In this document: piece after piece, positions 49,753 to 60,575 of the stretch
Layout: every line of letters begins with the position of its first letter
Numbering within the stretch: position 1 is the stretch's first letter
From: an uncultured Verrucomicrobiae bacterium
GTDB lineage: Bacteria; Verrucomicrobiota; Verrucomicrobiia; Opitutales; JABDGR01
DNA: 64,000 bases
Direction of reading: 5' to 3'
Assembly: GCA_963765205.1 (NCBI GenBank)
Contig: CAVXVB010000009.1
Location: forward strand, 817,425-881,424
Program-made: the position numbers and the translations under genes
The notes under the pieces: generated by a model
Database searches by the model: none
Told to the model about the DNA's origin: nothing
The model's input: only the letters and a program-made list of their open reading frames with translations

Positions 49753-51153
49753 ATGAACTTCGCATTAATCGGCTCCTCCGGGTCAGGCAAGGGCACTCAG
49801 CTCGCGCGCCTGACGCAGCAATTTGGCTTGGCGCCGCTCAATGTCGGCGGCATCCTGCGCGAAAACCTGGCCACTAGGACTGCCTTGGGTATGCTGGCCC
49901 GGAAATACATGAACCAAGGCGAACTGGTGCCCGACGAAGTGGTGGACGCCATGGTCGAGGCTTGGCTCGCGGGGATTGGCCCGCGGCAGGGAATAATTTT
50001 GGACGGGTTTCCGCGCACGGTCTATCAAGCCCGATTTCTTGACGAATTATTCGCCGGGATGAAGCGCACCCTCGACGCCGTCATTTACCTCAAGATCCAC
50101 CCGGATACGGCGCTCCGGCGGCTCACCGGAAGATATTTCTGCCTACGCTGCCATGCATCCTATCACATGGAATATCTTCCTCCCGCGCAAGCGGGGGTGT
50201 GCGACCGTTGTGGAGGCAAACTTGACCGCCGCCCCGATGACAATCCGGCCTTCGCTCAAATGCGCTTGCGGGCCTTTCAGCGCACCACCGGCCCGCTGCT
50301 CGATTATTATCATTCCTCGAATCGTCTGGCGGTGGTGGAGGCGGAGGCCGCCGCCGAGGTGGTTTTCGAGAACATACGCCAAGCGATAGAGTCCCTCACA
50401 CGGCGCGAACCGCTGGCAGTGGCCGTGGTTTCCACGGCCTTAATGCAATTGCCCAAATCGGCGCAGATAACGACCGCCCCACGTCCGATTCCCAAGGGCG
50501 GAGGATTCGTGCTCGTCGGCGGGCCGGGCAGCGGCAAAGGCACCCAAGCCGAGCAACTCTGCGACCAACTCCACCTCCCGCATATCGCCACCGGCGATCT
50601 TTTTCGCGACAACCTCAAACGCCAGACCGAGTTGGGCAACCTCGCCAAGACCTACATGGATCGCGGTGAATTGGTGCCCGACGAGGTCACGGACGCGATG
50701 GTGCAGGCCCGGTTGGGACAACCGGACACCGCGGCCGGCTTCGTCCTCGACGGCTTTCCTAGGACGATGCATCAAGCCGAGGCGCTCACGGACATGCTCG
50801 AACACCTCGGGCGTCATCTTGCCGGCGTCATTTATATCAATGTTTCCGACGACGAAATCGTAAAACGGCTCTCGGGGCGGCTGGTCTGCCGCAATTGCCA
50901 GACGCCCTACCACACACTCTTCAAACCGCCGGCGCAGCCCGGAATTTGCGACCATTGCGGCGGCCCGCTCTATCAGCGCGACGACGACAACCCCACAACC
51001 GTCCGCGCGCGGCTAAAAACTTTTCACGGCCAAACCGGCCCGCTCATCGAGTATTACCAAAAGGCCGGCGTGGTCGCCGAAATCGCCGGAGAAGGGCAGG
51101 TCGCCCAAGTCACCGCGCGCACGCTGGACGCCGCCAAAAAGCTCGCGGCTTAA
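49753..51153 (+). CDS. adk: Tandem two-domain adenylate kinase
   Basis: Two complete GxxGSGKGTQ / GELVPDE / DGFPRT / Zn-lid / RxDD units in one frame. Confidence 0.9.
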   Translation: MNFALIGSSGSGKGTQLARLTQQFGLAPLNVGGILRENLATRTALGMLARKYMNQGELVPDEVVDAMVEAWLAGIGPRQGIILDGFPRTVYQARFLDELFAGMKRTLDAVIYLKIHPDTALRRLTGRYFCLRCHASYHMEYLPPAQAGVCDRCGGKLDRRPDDNPAFAQMRLRAFQRTTGPLLDYYHSSNRLAVVEAEAAAEVVFENIRQAIESLTRREPLAVAVVSTALMQLPKSAQITTAPRPIPKGGGFVLVGGPGSGKGTQAEQLCDQLHLPHIATGDLFRDNLKRQTELGNLAKTYMDRGELVPDEVTDAMVQARLGQPDTAAGFVLDGFPRTMHQAEALTDMLEHLGRHLAGVIYINVSDDEIVKRLSGRLVCRNCQTPYHTLFKPPAQPGICDHCGGPLYQRDDDNPTTVRARLKTFHGQTGPLIEYYQKAGVVAEIAGEGQVAQVTARTLDAAKKLAA

Positions 51154-51180
51154 CCGCGCCCACCCCAAAATCCATTTGCC

Positions 51181-52685
51181 ATGTTTGAATCCGCCAATCT
51201 CGACCACCGCGTGGACAAAGCGGTGTATAAGCGCGAAGTGCCGAAGCTGCGCGAGGCACTCCTCAATGCGCAATACGACCTGAAGGAAAGTGGCCGCTTT
51301 CCCGTCTTGATCCTCATTGCCGGCGTGGAGGGCGCCGGCAAGGGCGAGACCGTCAATCTGCTCAATGAATGGATGGACCCGCGCTACATCAGCACCCAGG
51401 CTTTTTTTGAGCCGTCGGATGAAGAGCGCGAGCGGCCCGCCCTCTGGCGCTTTTGGCGCGCGCTGCCGCCGAAGGGCAAACTCGGCGTCTTTTTCGGGGC
51501 TTGGCACACCATGCCCGTCATCCAGCGCGTGCAAGGCGATATCACCGAGGGCGAGTTTGCACAGCAAATTGGCGAAATTGTGCGCCTGGAAAAAATGCTG
51601 TGCGACGAGGGCGTCCTGCTGCTCAAATACTGGTTTCACCTCTCGAAGCCGCAGCAAAAACGCCGCCTAAAACAACTGGAAAAGGATTCCGCCACGCGCT
51701 GGCGCGTCACCGAGCGCGAATGGGAATATTTCAAGGCTTATAAAAAGTTCATCCGCGTGTGCGAACCGTTTTTGCGCAAGACCTCGACGGGCGAAGCGCC
51801 CTGGATCGTCGTCCCGGCTGCGGATCCGCGTTACCGCGCCCTGACCGTGGGCCGCCACCTGCTGACCGCCCTGCGCGAGCGTCTTAAAGACCAGCCGGCC
51901 AAAGTCCCAGCGGTCAGCACGCCGCCGCTGGCGCTGCCTGCGGACAACCTGAACGTGCTGCGCGCGCTGAAGCTCAACCAGCCGCTGACCAAGGACGCAT
52001 ACAAGGCGGAACTGGAGAAATGGCAGGGCCGCCTCAATGCCGCAGCGCGCGATCCCCGTTTCCGATCCCTTTCCGTGGTCACGGTGTTTGAAGGCAATGA
52101 CGCTGCCGGCAAGGGCGGCGCCATCCGTCGCGTGACCAGCGCGCTCGACGCGCGGTCCTACCACAATATTTCGGTCGCCGCGCCCACCGAGGAGGAGCGC
52201 GCGCAACCCTACCTCTGGCGTTTCTGGCGGCATCTGCCGCGGCGCGGTCGTTTTGCCTTTTTCGACCGCTCGTGGTATGGTCGCGTGCTGGTGGAACGCG
52301 TCGAAGGGTTTTGTAGCGAGGCCGACTGGCACCGCGCCTACGTCGAAATCAACGACTTCGAACAGGCCATGGTGCGCCACAACATCATTGTGGTTAAATT
52401 TTGGCTCGCCATCAGCAAGGAGGAGCAGCTCAAGCGCTTCCAATTGCGCGAGAAAACCGCCTTCAAGCGCTTCAAAATCACTGCGGAGGACTGGCGCAAC
52501 CGCAAGCAATGGGGCGCCTATGAGCTTGCCGTCTGCGACATGGTGGACCGCACCTCAACGTCCATCGCGCCGTGGACGCTGGTTGAGGCCAATAATAAAT
52601 ATCACGCCCGCATCAAGGTGTTGAAGACCCTCTGCCAGGCCGTGGAAGCGGCGCTCGAAAACGTCAAGCCGGCCAAAAAAAGTAG
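51181..52685 (+). CDS. pap: Polyphosphate:AMP phosphotransferase (two-domain PPK2); likely true stop at 52683-52685
   Basis: GVEGAGKG, EGNDAAGKGG, FDRSWYGRVLVERVEG; A7 at 52675-52681 plus one A gives KKK*. Confidence 0.9.
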
Positions 52686-52751
52686 TACTGCGGAAAATCC
52701 GTGCGATTCCTCCGCGCCGGGATGCAAGTTCACGTCTTGGTTGAGCGCCGC

Positions 52752-53981
52752 TTATTCTTCGAGAAAATCCAGGGAGCGCCCGAAGGTTTCGCGGGACAGG
52801 GCGACGGCGACGATGGCGATGAGCACGCAGGCGCAGCCCACCACCGCCGCGCCGTCAATAATCCCGAGCCGGTCGCGCGCGAACGCAAAGGCCCACGAAA
52901 TTGGGATCAGCGCCCCGCGCACCAAGTTCGGCACCGCCGTCGTCACCGTGGCGCGGAGGTTGGTGCCGAATTGCTCCGCGGCATTGGTCACCATCAGCGC
53001 CCAAAAACCGATGCCAATGCCGAGAAAGAGGCACCGCTCGTAATACCCGGTCAAATTCGCAGGCGTCCAATAGAGATAAATGAGCGTGCTCATCAAACCG
53101 AGCAGATGAAAGATGATCAGGGCCGCGCGGCGGCGGCGAATGACCTGGCTCAAGCCGTTGCAGAGCAACCCGCCAACCGTCAGCCCCGTGTAGGCGAGGG
53201 TTATGGCCGTGCCGGCCACCGGCACGGGATTCAGGTTCATCGCCTTCCCGAACTCCGGCGCGTAAGTGATAAGAATGCCGATCACCAAATAAGCCGGCAG
53301 CCCGGCGAGGATGCACAACAGAAAGCGGTAAACGCGCGTCGGCGAACGAAACAGCAGCGGCAGGCTGCCGCGCACAATGTTGGCCTGGCGCACGGAGTCG
53401 TAAAGGCCGGATTCATACAGGCCGACGCGCAGCAGGAGCAACAACAGCCCCATGCCCCCGCCAATCATATAGGCCGTGTGCCAATTGAACGCCTGGCCCA
53501 CCCACGCCGCGAAAATTGCCCCCGGCACCCCCACCGTCGCGATCAGCATGGTGCCCAGCCCGCGCCGTTCGGCCGACATGCATTCGCTGACCAACGTCAC
53601 GCCCGCGCCCAATTCGCCGGCCAGGCCAAATCCAGCGACAAACCGCCACGCTTCATACGCTCCCACCGAATGGGCAAAACCGTTCGCCAGATTCGCCACG
53701 GAATATAAAATGATGGAGCCAAATAAAACGGAGAGCCGCCCGCGTTTGTCGCCCACCATGCCCCAAACAAACCCGCCCAGGAGGATTCCCGCCATCTGCC
53801 AGTTAAGCAGCCGCAACCCGACCGCCAAAGTGTCGGCATCCGCCACGCCCAAATCCAGCAGGCTCTGCTTTCGTACGACGCTGAAGAGCAGCAAGTCAAA
53901 CACGTCCACGAAATAGCCCAGCGCGGAGACGGTGATCAACAGCCCGAGGTGTTTTGACGATGGGGAGTTCTTGGCAATCAC
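52752..53981 (-). CDS. MFS transporter
   Basis: GDKRGR motif A, RFVAGFGLAGELG, EQFGTNLRAT. Confidence 0.9.
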   Translation of the reverse strand: MIAKNSPSSKHLGLLITVSALGYFVDVFDLLLFSVVRKQSLLDLGVADADTLAVGLRLLNWQMAGILLGGFVWGMVGDKRGRLSVLFGSIILYSVANLANGFAHSVGAYEAWRFVAGFGLAGELGAGVTLVSECMSAERRGLGTMLIATVGVPGAIFAAWVGQAFNWHTAYMIGGGMGLLLLLLRVGLYESGLYDSVRQANIVRGSLPLLFRSPTRVYRFLLCILAGLPAYLVIGILITYAPEFGKAMNLNPVPVAGTAITLAYTGLTVGGLLCNGLSQVIRRRRAALIIFHLLGLMSTLIYLYWTPANLTGYYERCLFLGIGIGFWALMVTNAAEQFGTNLRATVTTAVPNLVRGALIPISWAFAFARDRLGIIDGAAVVGCACVLIAIVAVALSRETFGRSLDFLEE

Positions 53982-54144
53982 AGCGGTTCAGACAGGCTGG
54001 AAATTTAAAAAAAAGCAAAACGTTATTTGCCCTTGGCCGGGGCGGGCAGAAAGACGGCGCAACCGGGGACGGGTGCGGCGACGGGCATGAGGTGGCCGGT
54101 TTGGGCGTTGACGCAAAAGGCCGAGCGGGCCTAAAACGGCCACG

Positions 54145-54630
54145 CTATTTCTTCTCGGCCTGCGCCCTGGCCCATTCGGCCTGCTGGTCGGCCCACCATT
54201 GGTTGAGCTTGACGGGGTCCACGCCCAAATTGGCAATATCCTTGCCGTAGAATTTGAGGGAGATTTCCTGAAGACACTCGACCGCGTAATCGCGTTCCGG
54301 CGCGGAGTCGTGCGTGGCGGCGTTAATCAGGATGGGGACGGCGAAGGTGTTCCAACTGACGATTTGGTCCATCAGCGCGATTTGCTTATCTGAGGTCAGC
54401 GCGGGGTCGTCGAGCTGCGTGACGAGGGCGGAAAGTTCGCGGTCGGCCTTGGTCGGAAAGAGACCCCAATGGTAATGCTGATCAAGGGCGAGGACATAGA
54501 GCATCGCCACATAAAGGAAAAAGGCCGCCAGCGCCGCCGGGGCCAGGTAGCGCCGCCAGGGCGGGGGCGTCGGCCCAGGCGTGGGGAGCGCAGGCGCGGG
54601 GGGGGCGGGAGGGGCGGCGATGGTTTCCAT
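54145..54630 (-). CDS. Hypothetical membrane-anchored helical protein
   Basis: Pro-rich N-terminus, TM segment, HEAT-like helices. Confidence 0.6.
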   Translation of the reverse strand: METIAAPPAPPAPALPTPGPTPPPWRRYLAPAALAAFFLYVAMLYVLALDQHYHWGLFPTKADRELSALVTQLDDPALTSDKQIALMDQIVSWNTFAVPILINAATHDSAPERDYAVECLQEISLKFYGKDIANLGVDPVKLNQWWADQQAEWARAQAEKK

Positions 54631-54801
54631 TGTGAACAGCCTTTTAGATAAACCTATGCTTGGCCGTTTGTCAAAAGGAAGTGGAGGGAAAGTTGGCGAA
54701 AAACGCGCGCGCAAAGGCAACCATCCCGCACGGGGGCCAAAATTCTATAAACTCGGAACTGGCAACTTTGTTGCACCCCTGCCACACTTTTCCCTTTTTC
54801 C

Positions 54802-55617
54802 ATGAACCCACATGATCATTTTTGGGAGCGCGTCCGCGCCGAGGCCGCGGCTGTGGCCCGGCGCGAGCCAGCCCTCGGGCCGTTGCTCGAGGAGGTCTTC
54901 GTGCGGCGCGGGTCGCTCGAGGAGGCGCTGAGCATCCGCCTGGCGCGCAAACTGGCCTACCACGCCACGCCGGAAAGCCAGCTCCTCGAAGTCTTCCATG
55001 AAATTTTCGCCGCGGGCCCGGACCTCAAGCTCCAGGTCCAGGCGGACATTCTGGCCATCAAGGAGCGCGACCCGGCCTGCCGCGATTTGCTCACGCCGAT
55101 CTTGTATTTCAAGGGCTTTCACGCGCTGACGTGCCACCGCTTCGCCCACCATTTGTGGAACCACGGGCGCACCGACCTCGCGCTGTATCTGCAAAGCCTC
55201 GTCTCCGAAGTCTTCGCCGTGGACATCCACCCGGCGGCGCGCATCGGCGGGGGCATTCTGCTCGACCACGCCACGGGCTTCGTCGCGGGCGAAACGTCCG
55301 CTATCGCCGACAACGTGTCCATCCTGCACGGGGTGACGCTCGGCGGCACGGGCAAGGAATGCGGCGACCGGCATCCGAAAATCCGCAGCGGCGTGCTGAT
55401 CGGCGCGGGCGCGAAAATCCTGGGCAACATCGTGGTCGGCGAAGGCGCGAAAATCGGCGCCAACAGCGTCGTGCTGCACGACGTGCCCCCGCACGCGACC
55501 GTCGCCGGCGTCCCCGCGCGCATCGTCGGCCGCGCCGCCGAGGCCGAACCCGCCCGCGCCATGAAACACGACTTGGACAATCTCGAGGAGTTCATCAACC
55601 ACGGCGAGGGGATTTGA
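54802..55617 (+). CDS. cysE: Serine O-acetyltransferase
   Basis: ERDPAC, DIHPAA, DHATG, TLGGTGKECGDRHPKI. Confidence 0.96.
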   Translation: MNPHDHFWERVRAEAAAVARREPALGPLLEEVFVRRGSLEEALSIRLARKLAYHATPESQLLEVFHEIFAAGPDLKLQVQADILAIKERDPACRDLLTPILYFKGFHALTCHRFAHHLWNHGRTDLALYLQSLVSEVFAVDIHPAARIGGGILLDHATGFVAGETSAIADNVSILHGVTLGGTGKECGDRHPKIRSGVLIGAGAKILGNIVVGEGAKIGANSVVLHDVPPHATVAGVPARIVGRAAEAEPARAMKHDLDNLEEFINHGEGI

Positions 55618-55680
55618 AACCGCTATTATAGGTGTTGACGCATTTTGGGACATTGCTCGTTTCGTAGCGCTGAGCTTTAG

Positions 55681-55893
55681 CCAGCGCTACGAAAATACCT
55701 CCGCAGCGCAAACGCGTATGTCATCCGGACTTCCGATGGCAAGGAACACCCCGTGCCCCATCCGGACTTTGCGCTGATTGGAAACTACAACATCGTCGTG
55801 GAAGGCAAAAAGGGTGGCATCATCGTCATTGACCCTGATCATGTGGTGGCCATCCAATGGGTGAACAAGCGCCACCGCTCCAAAGCGGCGTGA
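55681..55893 (+). pseudogene. Start-less small ORF (...YVIRTSDGKEHPVPHPDF...)
   Basis: Protein-like open frame after TAG 55678-55680; its 5' end overlaps the 13-bp IR at 55660-55694. Confidence 0.4.
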
Positions 55894-56096
55894 GCACAGT
55901 GGGCTGCTCTTGCGACTCAGTGGCAACATGGAGCTTTTTGGATAAAGCACAAAATATGTCCAACGTAAAAAAAGTACTGGAACTGTTTCGGGCAAAGGGA
56001 ACTGTACAGCATGTCCTGACAGCAGCCGAGAAAGATTATCCGTGTTGGCAACGTGCCAATTATTCACGACGGTGATATATCAGCTGCTTTATAGCT

Positions 56097-56483
56097 TCAT
56101 CTTGGGTTTTTTGACATAGACCTTTTGAGCACATCTCTTAGTATCTTTTGACTTTCCTCGTTATCATTAATTTCACAACATACAGCAGCATGTCTAGCTG
56201 CTACTTCGGTTACTTTAAATTCTTTTTTCAATAGGCTTTCAACCACTCTCTTATGGCCAAAAAGACTGGCTACACAAAGTGCATCATTTAGTTCCTCTGG
56301 AGTGAAGGCAATTCCTAGCCCTAATAAACTCTTAACAATATCTAAATTTCCTTCTTCGCTCGCCCTGCGCATTGCAAATCGTACCTTTACCTTAAACCCG
56401 GGCTGTTCCTGATACTGGCCCATTAACTCATTTGCATAAATTCTTCCTATGATTTCAGTATATAGACCTTCGGGAGTTTGCAT
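56097..56483 (-). CDS. Ankyrin-repeat-like protein, AT-rich
   Basis: ASEEGNLDIVKSLL and ASLFGHKRVVESLL repeats. Confidence 0.7.
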   Translation of the reverse strand: MQTPEGLYTEIIGRIYANELMGQYQEQPGFKVKVRFAMRRASEEGNLDIVKSLLGLGIAFTPEELNDALCVASLFGHKRVVESLLKKEFKVTEVAARHAAVCCEINDNEESQKILRDVLKRSMSKNPR

Positions 56484-56590
56484 GGATGTATGGGGTTAAG
56501 GGCTGAGTGTTGAACGAGAAATGAAACGCAATTATTTAATCCCTGCACCTGAACTCCGGCAACTCCAAAAGAGCAATTCCATTTATCAGT

Positions 56591-58927
56591 TTAGCTCAAA
56601 TCCACCGGATCCACGTCAATCGTTTCCAAGACTTCCTTGTCCAGGGGAAACTCCTCGCGGAGTTGGCTGAGGAGCGGGGCGATGCGGGAAATGCGGTCGG
56701 TGAAATACCAGAGTTGGAAGCGGTAATAGCCTTTTAATTTGTCGAGGGGCGGCGGGGCGGGGCCGCGCAGTTCGACCCCGGCGGGCAATACCGCTTCCGC
56801 GCGCCGAGCCCATTGCTCGGCGTAAAATTTCACCTTCTCGGCGTTGTGGCCGCGAAACAGATGGCGGACGAGCCGGCGCGACGGCGGGTAATGGTATTCC
56901 CGACGCAGCGCGAGTTCGGCGTCGAGAAAGCCGTCGAAGTCGGCGCGCTTGGCGAACTGGATGGGCGCGGCGTGCGGCGTGTAGGTTTGCACGAAGACTT
57001 CGCCCGCAGTGTCCCCGCGGCCCGCGCGACCGGAGACTTGCACGAGGAGCTGAAACGTGCGCTCGTTGGCGCGGAAATCCGTCTGGTGCAGCGAGAGGTC
57101 GGCGTCCACCAGGCCGCAGAGGGTGACGTTGGGGAAGTCGAGGCCCTTGGCGATCATCTGCGTGCCGACGAGCACGTCAATTTTGCCGCGGCGGAAATCG
57201 GCGAGGATTTGCCGGAAGAGCGTGCGCTTTTGCATCGTGTCGGAGTCGAGGCGCACAATTTTGGCGCGCGGCAGCACGCGCAGCGCCGCCTCCTCGACGC
57301 GTTGCGTGCCCGAGCCGCGCTGGCGGAGGGATTCCGTTTTGCATTGCGGGCAGCGGCGCGGCGCAGGTTCCGTATAGCCGCACCAGTGGCAGCGCAGGCG
57401 CTCGTCGGTGCGGTGATAAGTGAGCGCGACGCTGCAGTTATGGCAATGGGACACAAAACCGCATTCAAGGCATTGCAGCGACGAGGAATAGCCGCGGCGG
57501 TTGAGGAACAAAATGCTTTGCTCGCGCTTATCGAAGCGGTCGCGCAGGGCTTCGGCGAGTTCGCGCGAAATCACCAGCGGGCCGGCGCGGCGGTTCTGGT
57601 GGCGCAGATCCACCAGGCGCATCGGCGGCAGCGAACGGCCGTCCACGCGCTCGGGCAGGCGGTTCAATTTGTAGCGGCCCTCGCGCGCGTTGAACAGCGA
57701 TTCGAGCGCAGGCGTGGCGGAGCCGAGCACGGCGACCGCCCCGGCGAGTTTCGCGCGGTAAACCGCGGCGTCGCGCCCGTGGTAGCGCGGCGCCTCCTCC
57801 TGCTTAAAGGCCGGCTCGTGCTCCTCGTCCACCACTATGAGGCGCAAATTCGCCACCGGTGCAAACACCGCCGAGCGCGCGCCGACGACCACGCGCGCCT
57901 CGCCCCGCGCCACCGCCATCCACGAATCGAAGCGTTCGCCGGCCGAGAGATGGCTGTGCCAGACGACGACCTGCGCGCCGGTGTCGGCCAGCGCCGAGCG
58001 CAGCCGGCCGACGGTCTGCGGAGTCAGCGCGACTTCGGGCACAAGGTAAATGACGCCGCCGCCCGCCGCGAGCACCGCGCGGATGGAGCGCAGATACACT
58101 TCCGTTTTGCCCGAGCCGGTGATGCCGTGCAGCAAATGGACTTGGAATTTTTTTGCGTCGAGGCTCGCCGTAATGTCGGAAATGGCGGCTTGCTGGTGTT
58201 CGTTCAGCTCGAATTTTCCGACGGCGGCGGCGGCTTCGGTTTCGGCGATTTCGTCCTCATAGGCGACGCGCGGGTTTTCCTGCTTCACTTCCTCGGCAAG
58301 GCCTTTTTCGACAAGGGTATCGAACGTGGCGGGGGAAAGTTTCAGCCGAGCAATGAGCAGGCCGCGCGCGAGGGGGACGGTTTGCTGGGCGAGAAAGCGG
58401 TAGGCGGCGGCCTGTTTGGGCGCGCGGCGTTCGAGCGCGGCGAGTTCTTCGGCGGTGAGCGCGAGGCGGCCCGCGCGCAACCGCCGTTCCATGCGCAGCG
58501 CCATGCCCGCGCGCACGGGCGCGGGAATCATGGTTTCGAAGACCGTCTCGATGGGCGCGAGGTAATAGGCGGCGATCCATTTCGCGAGCGCGAGCAAATC
58601 GGGCGTCAAAATCGGCTCGGGAAAAACGAGTTCGAGGACGTTTTTGATTTTTGCGGCGGGCACATCCTGGGCGGTGCCGAGGCGCTCGACGATGCCGAGC
58701 GTGGGCGTGTGGCGCAGCGGCACGCGCACCAGGCAGCCGGGCTGCACGCGGCCCGTGAGGTGCGGCGGCAGGCGGTAGGCCAGCGCGTGATCCACCCCGG
58801 CAAGGGGAATGACTTCGACCAACTCGCCCCCGCCGGCATCCGTGGCACGCACGACGGTGGCGCGTCGCGAGTGGGCAACCACCGGGGGGAAGTCCGGAAA
58901 AAGATCAAATTCGCTCGCGCGCGACAT
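56591..58927 (-). CDS. priA: Primosomal protein N'
   Basis: GITGSGKTEVY, DEEHE, NRRGYS, four CxxC, GTQMIAKGLDFP. Confidence 0.97.
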   Translation of the reverse strand: MSRASEFDLFPDFPPVVAHSRRATVVRATDAGGGELVEVIPLAGVDHALAYRLPPHLTGRVQPGCLVRVPLRHTPTLGIVERLGTAQDVPAAKIKNVLELVFPEPILTPDLLALAKWIAAYYLAPIETVFETMIPAPVRAGMALRMERRLRAGRLALTAEELAALERRAPKQAAAYRFLAQQTVPLARGLLIARLKLSPATFDTLVEKGLAEEVKQENPRVAYEDEIAETEAAAAVGKFELNEHQQAAISDITASLDAKKFQVHLLHGITGSGKTEVYLRSIRAVLAAGGGVIYLVPEVALTPQTVGRLRSALADTGAQVVVWHSHLSAGERFDSWMAVARGEARVVVGARSAVFAPVANLRLIVVDEEHEPAFKQEEAPRYHGRDAAVYRAKLAGAVAVLGSATPALESLFNAREGRYKLNRLPERVDGRSLPPMRLVDLRHQNRRAGPLVISRELAEALRDRFDKREQSILFLNRRGYSSSLQCLECGFVSHCHNCSVALTYHRTDERLRCHWCGYTEPAPRRCPQCKTESLRQRGSGTQRVEEAALRVLPRAKIVRLDSDTMQKRTLFRQILADFRRGKIDVLVGTQMIAKGLDFPNVTLCGLVDADLSLHQTDFRANERTFQLLVQVSGRAGRGDTAGEVFVQTYTPHAAPIQFAKRADFDGFLDAELALRREYHYPPSRRLVRHLFRGHNAEKVKFYAEQWARRAEAVLPAGVELRGPAPPPLDKLKGYYRFQLWYFTDRISRIAPLLSQLREEFPLDKEVLETIDVDPVDLS

Positions 58928-59072
58928 GGTGGATGTTGAAGGGTGGAAATCACGGGGGCAACCCCGACGGTGGCCCGACTAGGCTACCCCACCCTATTTC
59001 CTGACGTTGACCTTCCGGCGCTTTAGTGTCAATTTTGTCTCAATAACGGATTCCTCCCTTCCCTTCACCCGC

Positions 59073-59636
59073 ATGGCCGCCACTGTTTCCAGCGCCACCG
59101 GCACCTCCGGCCCGCCGCCCCGCGCGCCGTCAGCGGAGCCTTCGATGGCCATCGAGAACCCGCGCGACACGTTCAAGGAATTTCTCGCCAGCAAGGGCCT
59201 GCGCGTCACGAACCAGCGCCTGGCAATTTTTGACGCCGCCTTCAACCAGCACGACCACTTCACCGCCGAGGACTTGCTCGAACGCGCCCGCGCGCTGGAC
59301 GACTCGGTGTCCCGCGCCACCGTTTACCGCAGCCTGCCGATTTTGACCGAGAGCGGCCTGGTGCGCGAGGTGGACGTGGGCCGCGACTATAAATACTACA
59401 TGGCCAACGCGCGCGCCCGCACCTTCCAGGCCCAGCTCATCTGCCTGGATTGTGACAAGATCTTCGAGGTGGATGCGCCCTTCATGGAATGGTATGGAAA
59501 AACTGTTTGTGACAAGCGCGACATGGAGCCGGAATCGCAGCGCCTGCAGGTCACGGCCCGCTGCCGCGCCCGGCTGCGCGGCGCCCGCTGCCCGCACGCC
59601 GCGGCCGCGACCGTCTCCTCGACCCGCGCCAAATAG
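59073..59636 (+). CDS. Fur-family regulator
   Basis: [29 protein letters not shown]. Confidence 0.88.
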   Translation: MAATVSSATGTSGPPPRAPSAEPSMAIENPRDTFKEFLASKGLRVTNQRLAIFDAAFNQHDHFTAEDLLERARALDDSVSRATVYRSLPILTESGLVREVDVGRDYKYYMANARARTFQAQLICLDCDKIFEVDAPFMEWYGKTVCDKRDMEPESQRLQVTARCRARLRGARCPHAAAATVSSTRAK

Positions 59637-59643
59637 GCATTTT

Positions 59644-60039
59644 ATGGCCGATCCCGACCGCCAATTCCAAATCAAGTTCTTCGAGGGCGTCCTCAAGCAC
59701 AATCCGGATTACCCGGAGGTGATTGCCTTGCTCGGCGGCCTTTACACGGAAGAGGGCCGCGTGGACGAGGGCTTGCGCATGGATCGCAAGCTGGTGCGCC
59801 TGACGCCGCAGAACCCCATCGCGCATTACAACCTCGCCTGCTCGCTCGCGCTCAAGCGCCGCAAGGCCGACGCCGTGCGCGCCCTGCGCCGCGCCGTCGA
59901 AACCGGCTACCGCGATCTGGACAAACTGCGCGAAGACCCCGACCTGGCCTCGCTGCGCGACTACGCGGCTTTTCTGGAAGTCGAAGCCGAGCTAATTCGC
60001 GCGCAAACGCAGGCCAATCCCGAGCTGGGGCGGTCGTGA
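59644..60039 (+). CDS. TPR protein
   Basis: AHYNLACSLAL...DPDLASLR. Confidence 0.85.
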   Translation: MADPDRQFQIKFFEGVLKHNPDYPEVIALLGGLYTEEGRVDEGLRMDRKLVRLTPQNPIAHYNLACSLALKRRKADAVRALRRAVETGYRDLDKLREDPDLASLRDYAAFLEVEAELIRAQTQANPELGRS

Positions 60040-60135
60040 CCTAATCGCTTCTCATACGACTTAACGAATCGGAGATTTTACGGAACTATGCACTTAACAA
60101 ACCTTTGGGTCTCCTCGTTTCAAAAAATAAACGCT

Positions 60136-60519
60136 TCACTTGACGCTAACATAGCCACAAACAACCAGTTGCATCGTTCGCAACAAGTCAAAATGTTCTG
60201 GTATTGCACTAACACTAGCTGGGCCTCTGTCCCTTATAACATCTTTTATCATTTTAACGAATTCATCAATACTTTTTGCTTCACCTCCCGCAAAATTCTT
60301 GCGGGAATCTGGAACACTGGGGAATATCGCAACATGGTGAATCGGCGTTATATCACTTAATTCTTTGGGGGACGGTTCGAGATAAAGGTCAATGGCCTCC
60401 CGAATATTCTTCAACGCGGCCGCGCGCGTGCGGCCTTGGGACCAACAGCTTTTCAAAGAGGGGCAGTGGGCGGTGAAGTAACCGTCCTGACCGCGGGCAA
60501 TGACAATTTTCAGCTCCAT
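60136..60519 (-). CDS. HicB-like antitoxin with atypical AT-rich extension
   Basis: GYFTAHCPSLKSCWSQGRTRAAALKNIREAIDLYLE. Confidence 0.75.
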   Translation of the reverse strand: MELKIVIARGQDGYFTAHCPSLKSCWSQGRTRAAALKNIREAIDLYLEPSPKELSDITPIHHVAIFPSVPDSRKNFAGGEAKSIDEFVKMIKDVIRDRGPASVSAIPEHFDLLRTMQLVVCGYVSVK

Positions 60520-60575
60520 GGAAAACAAGTTTGCGGTCATGCCGGAAGAAGTCAATTTTATAGCTCGGACTGTCC

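Noticed and set aside
52686..53043. C-terminal extension of PPK2 as a novel domain
   Set aside because: It is antisense to the MFS gene and is explained by one missing A in an A7 run
56813..58939. 708-aa ORF opposite priA, and similar long antisense ORFs over nuo, ctpA, tsaD and int
   Set aside because: Shadow ORFs expected from high-GC codon bias; no recognisable motifs
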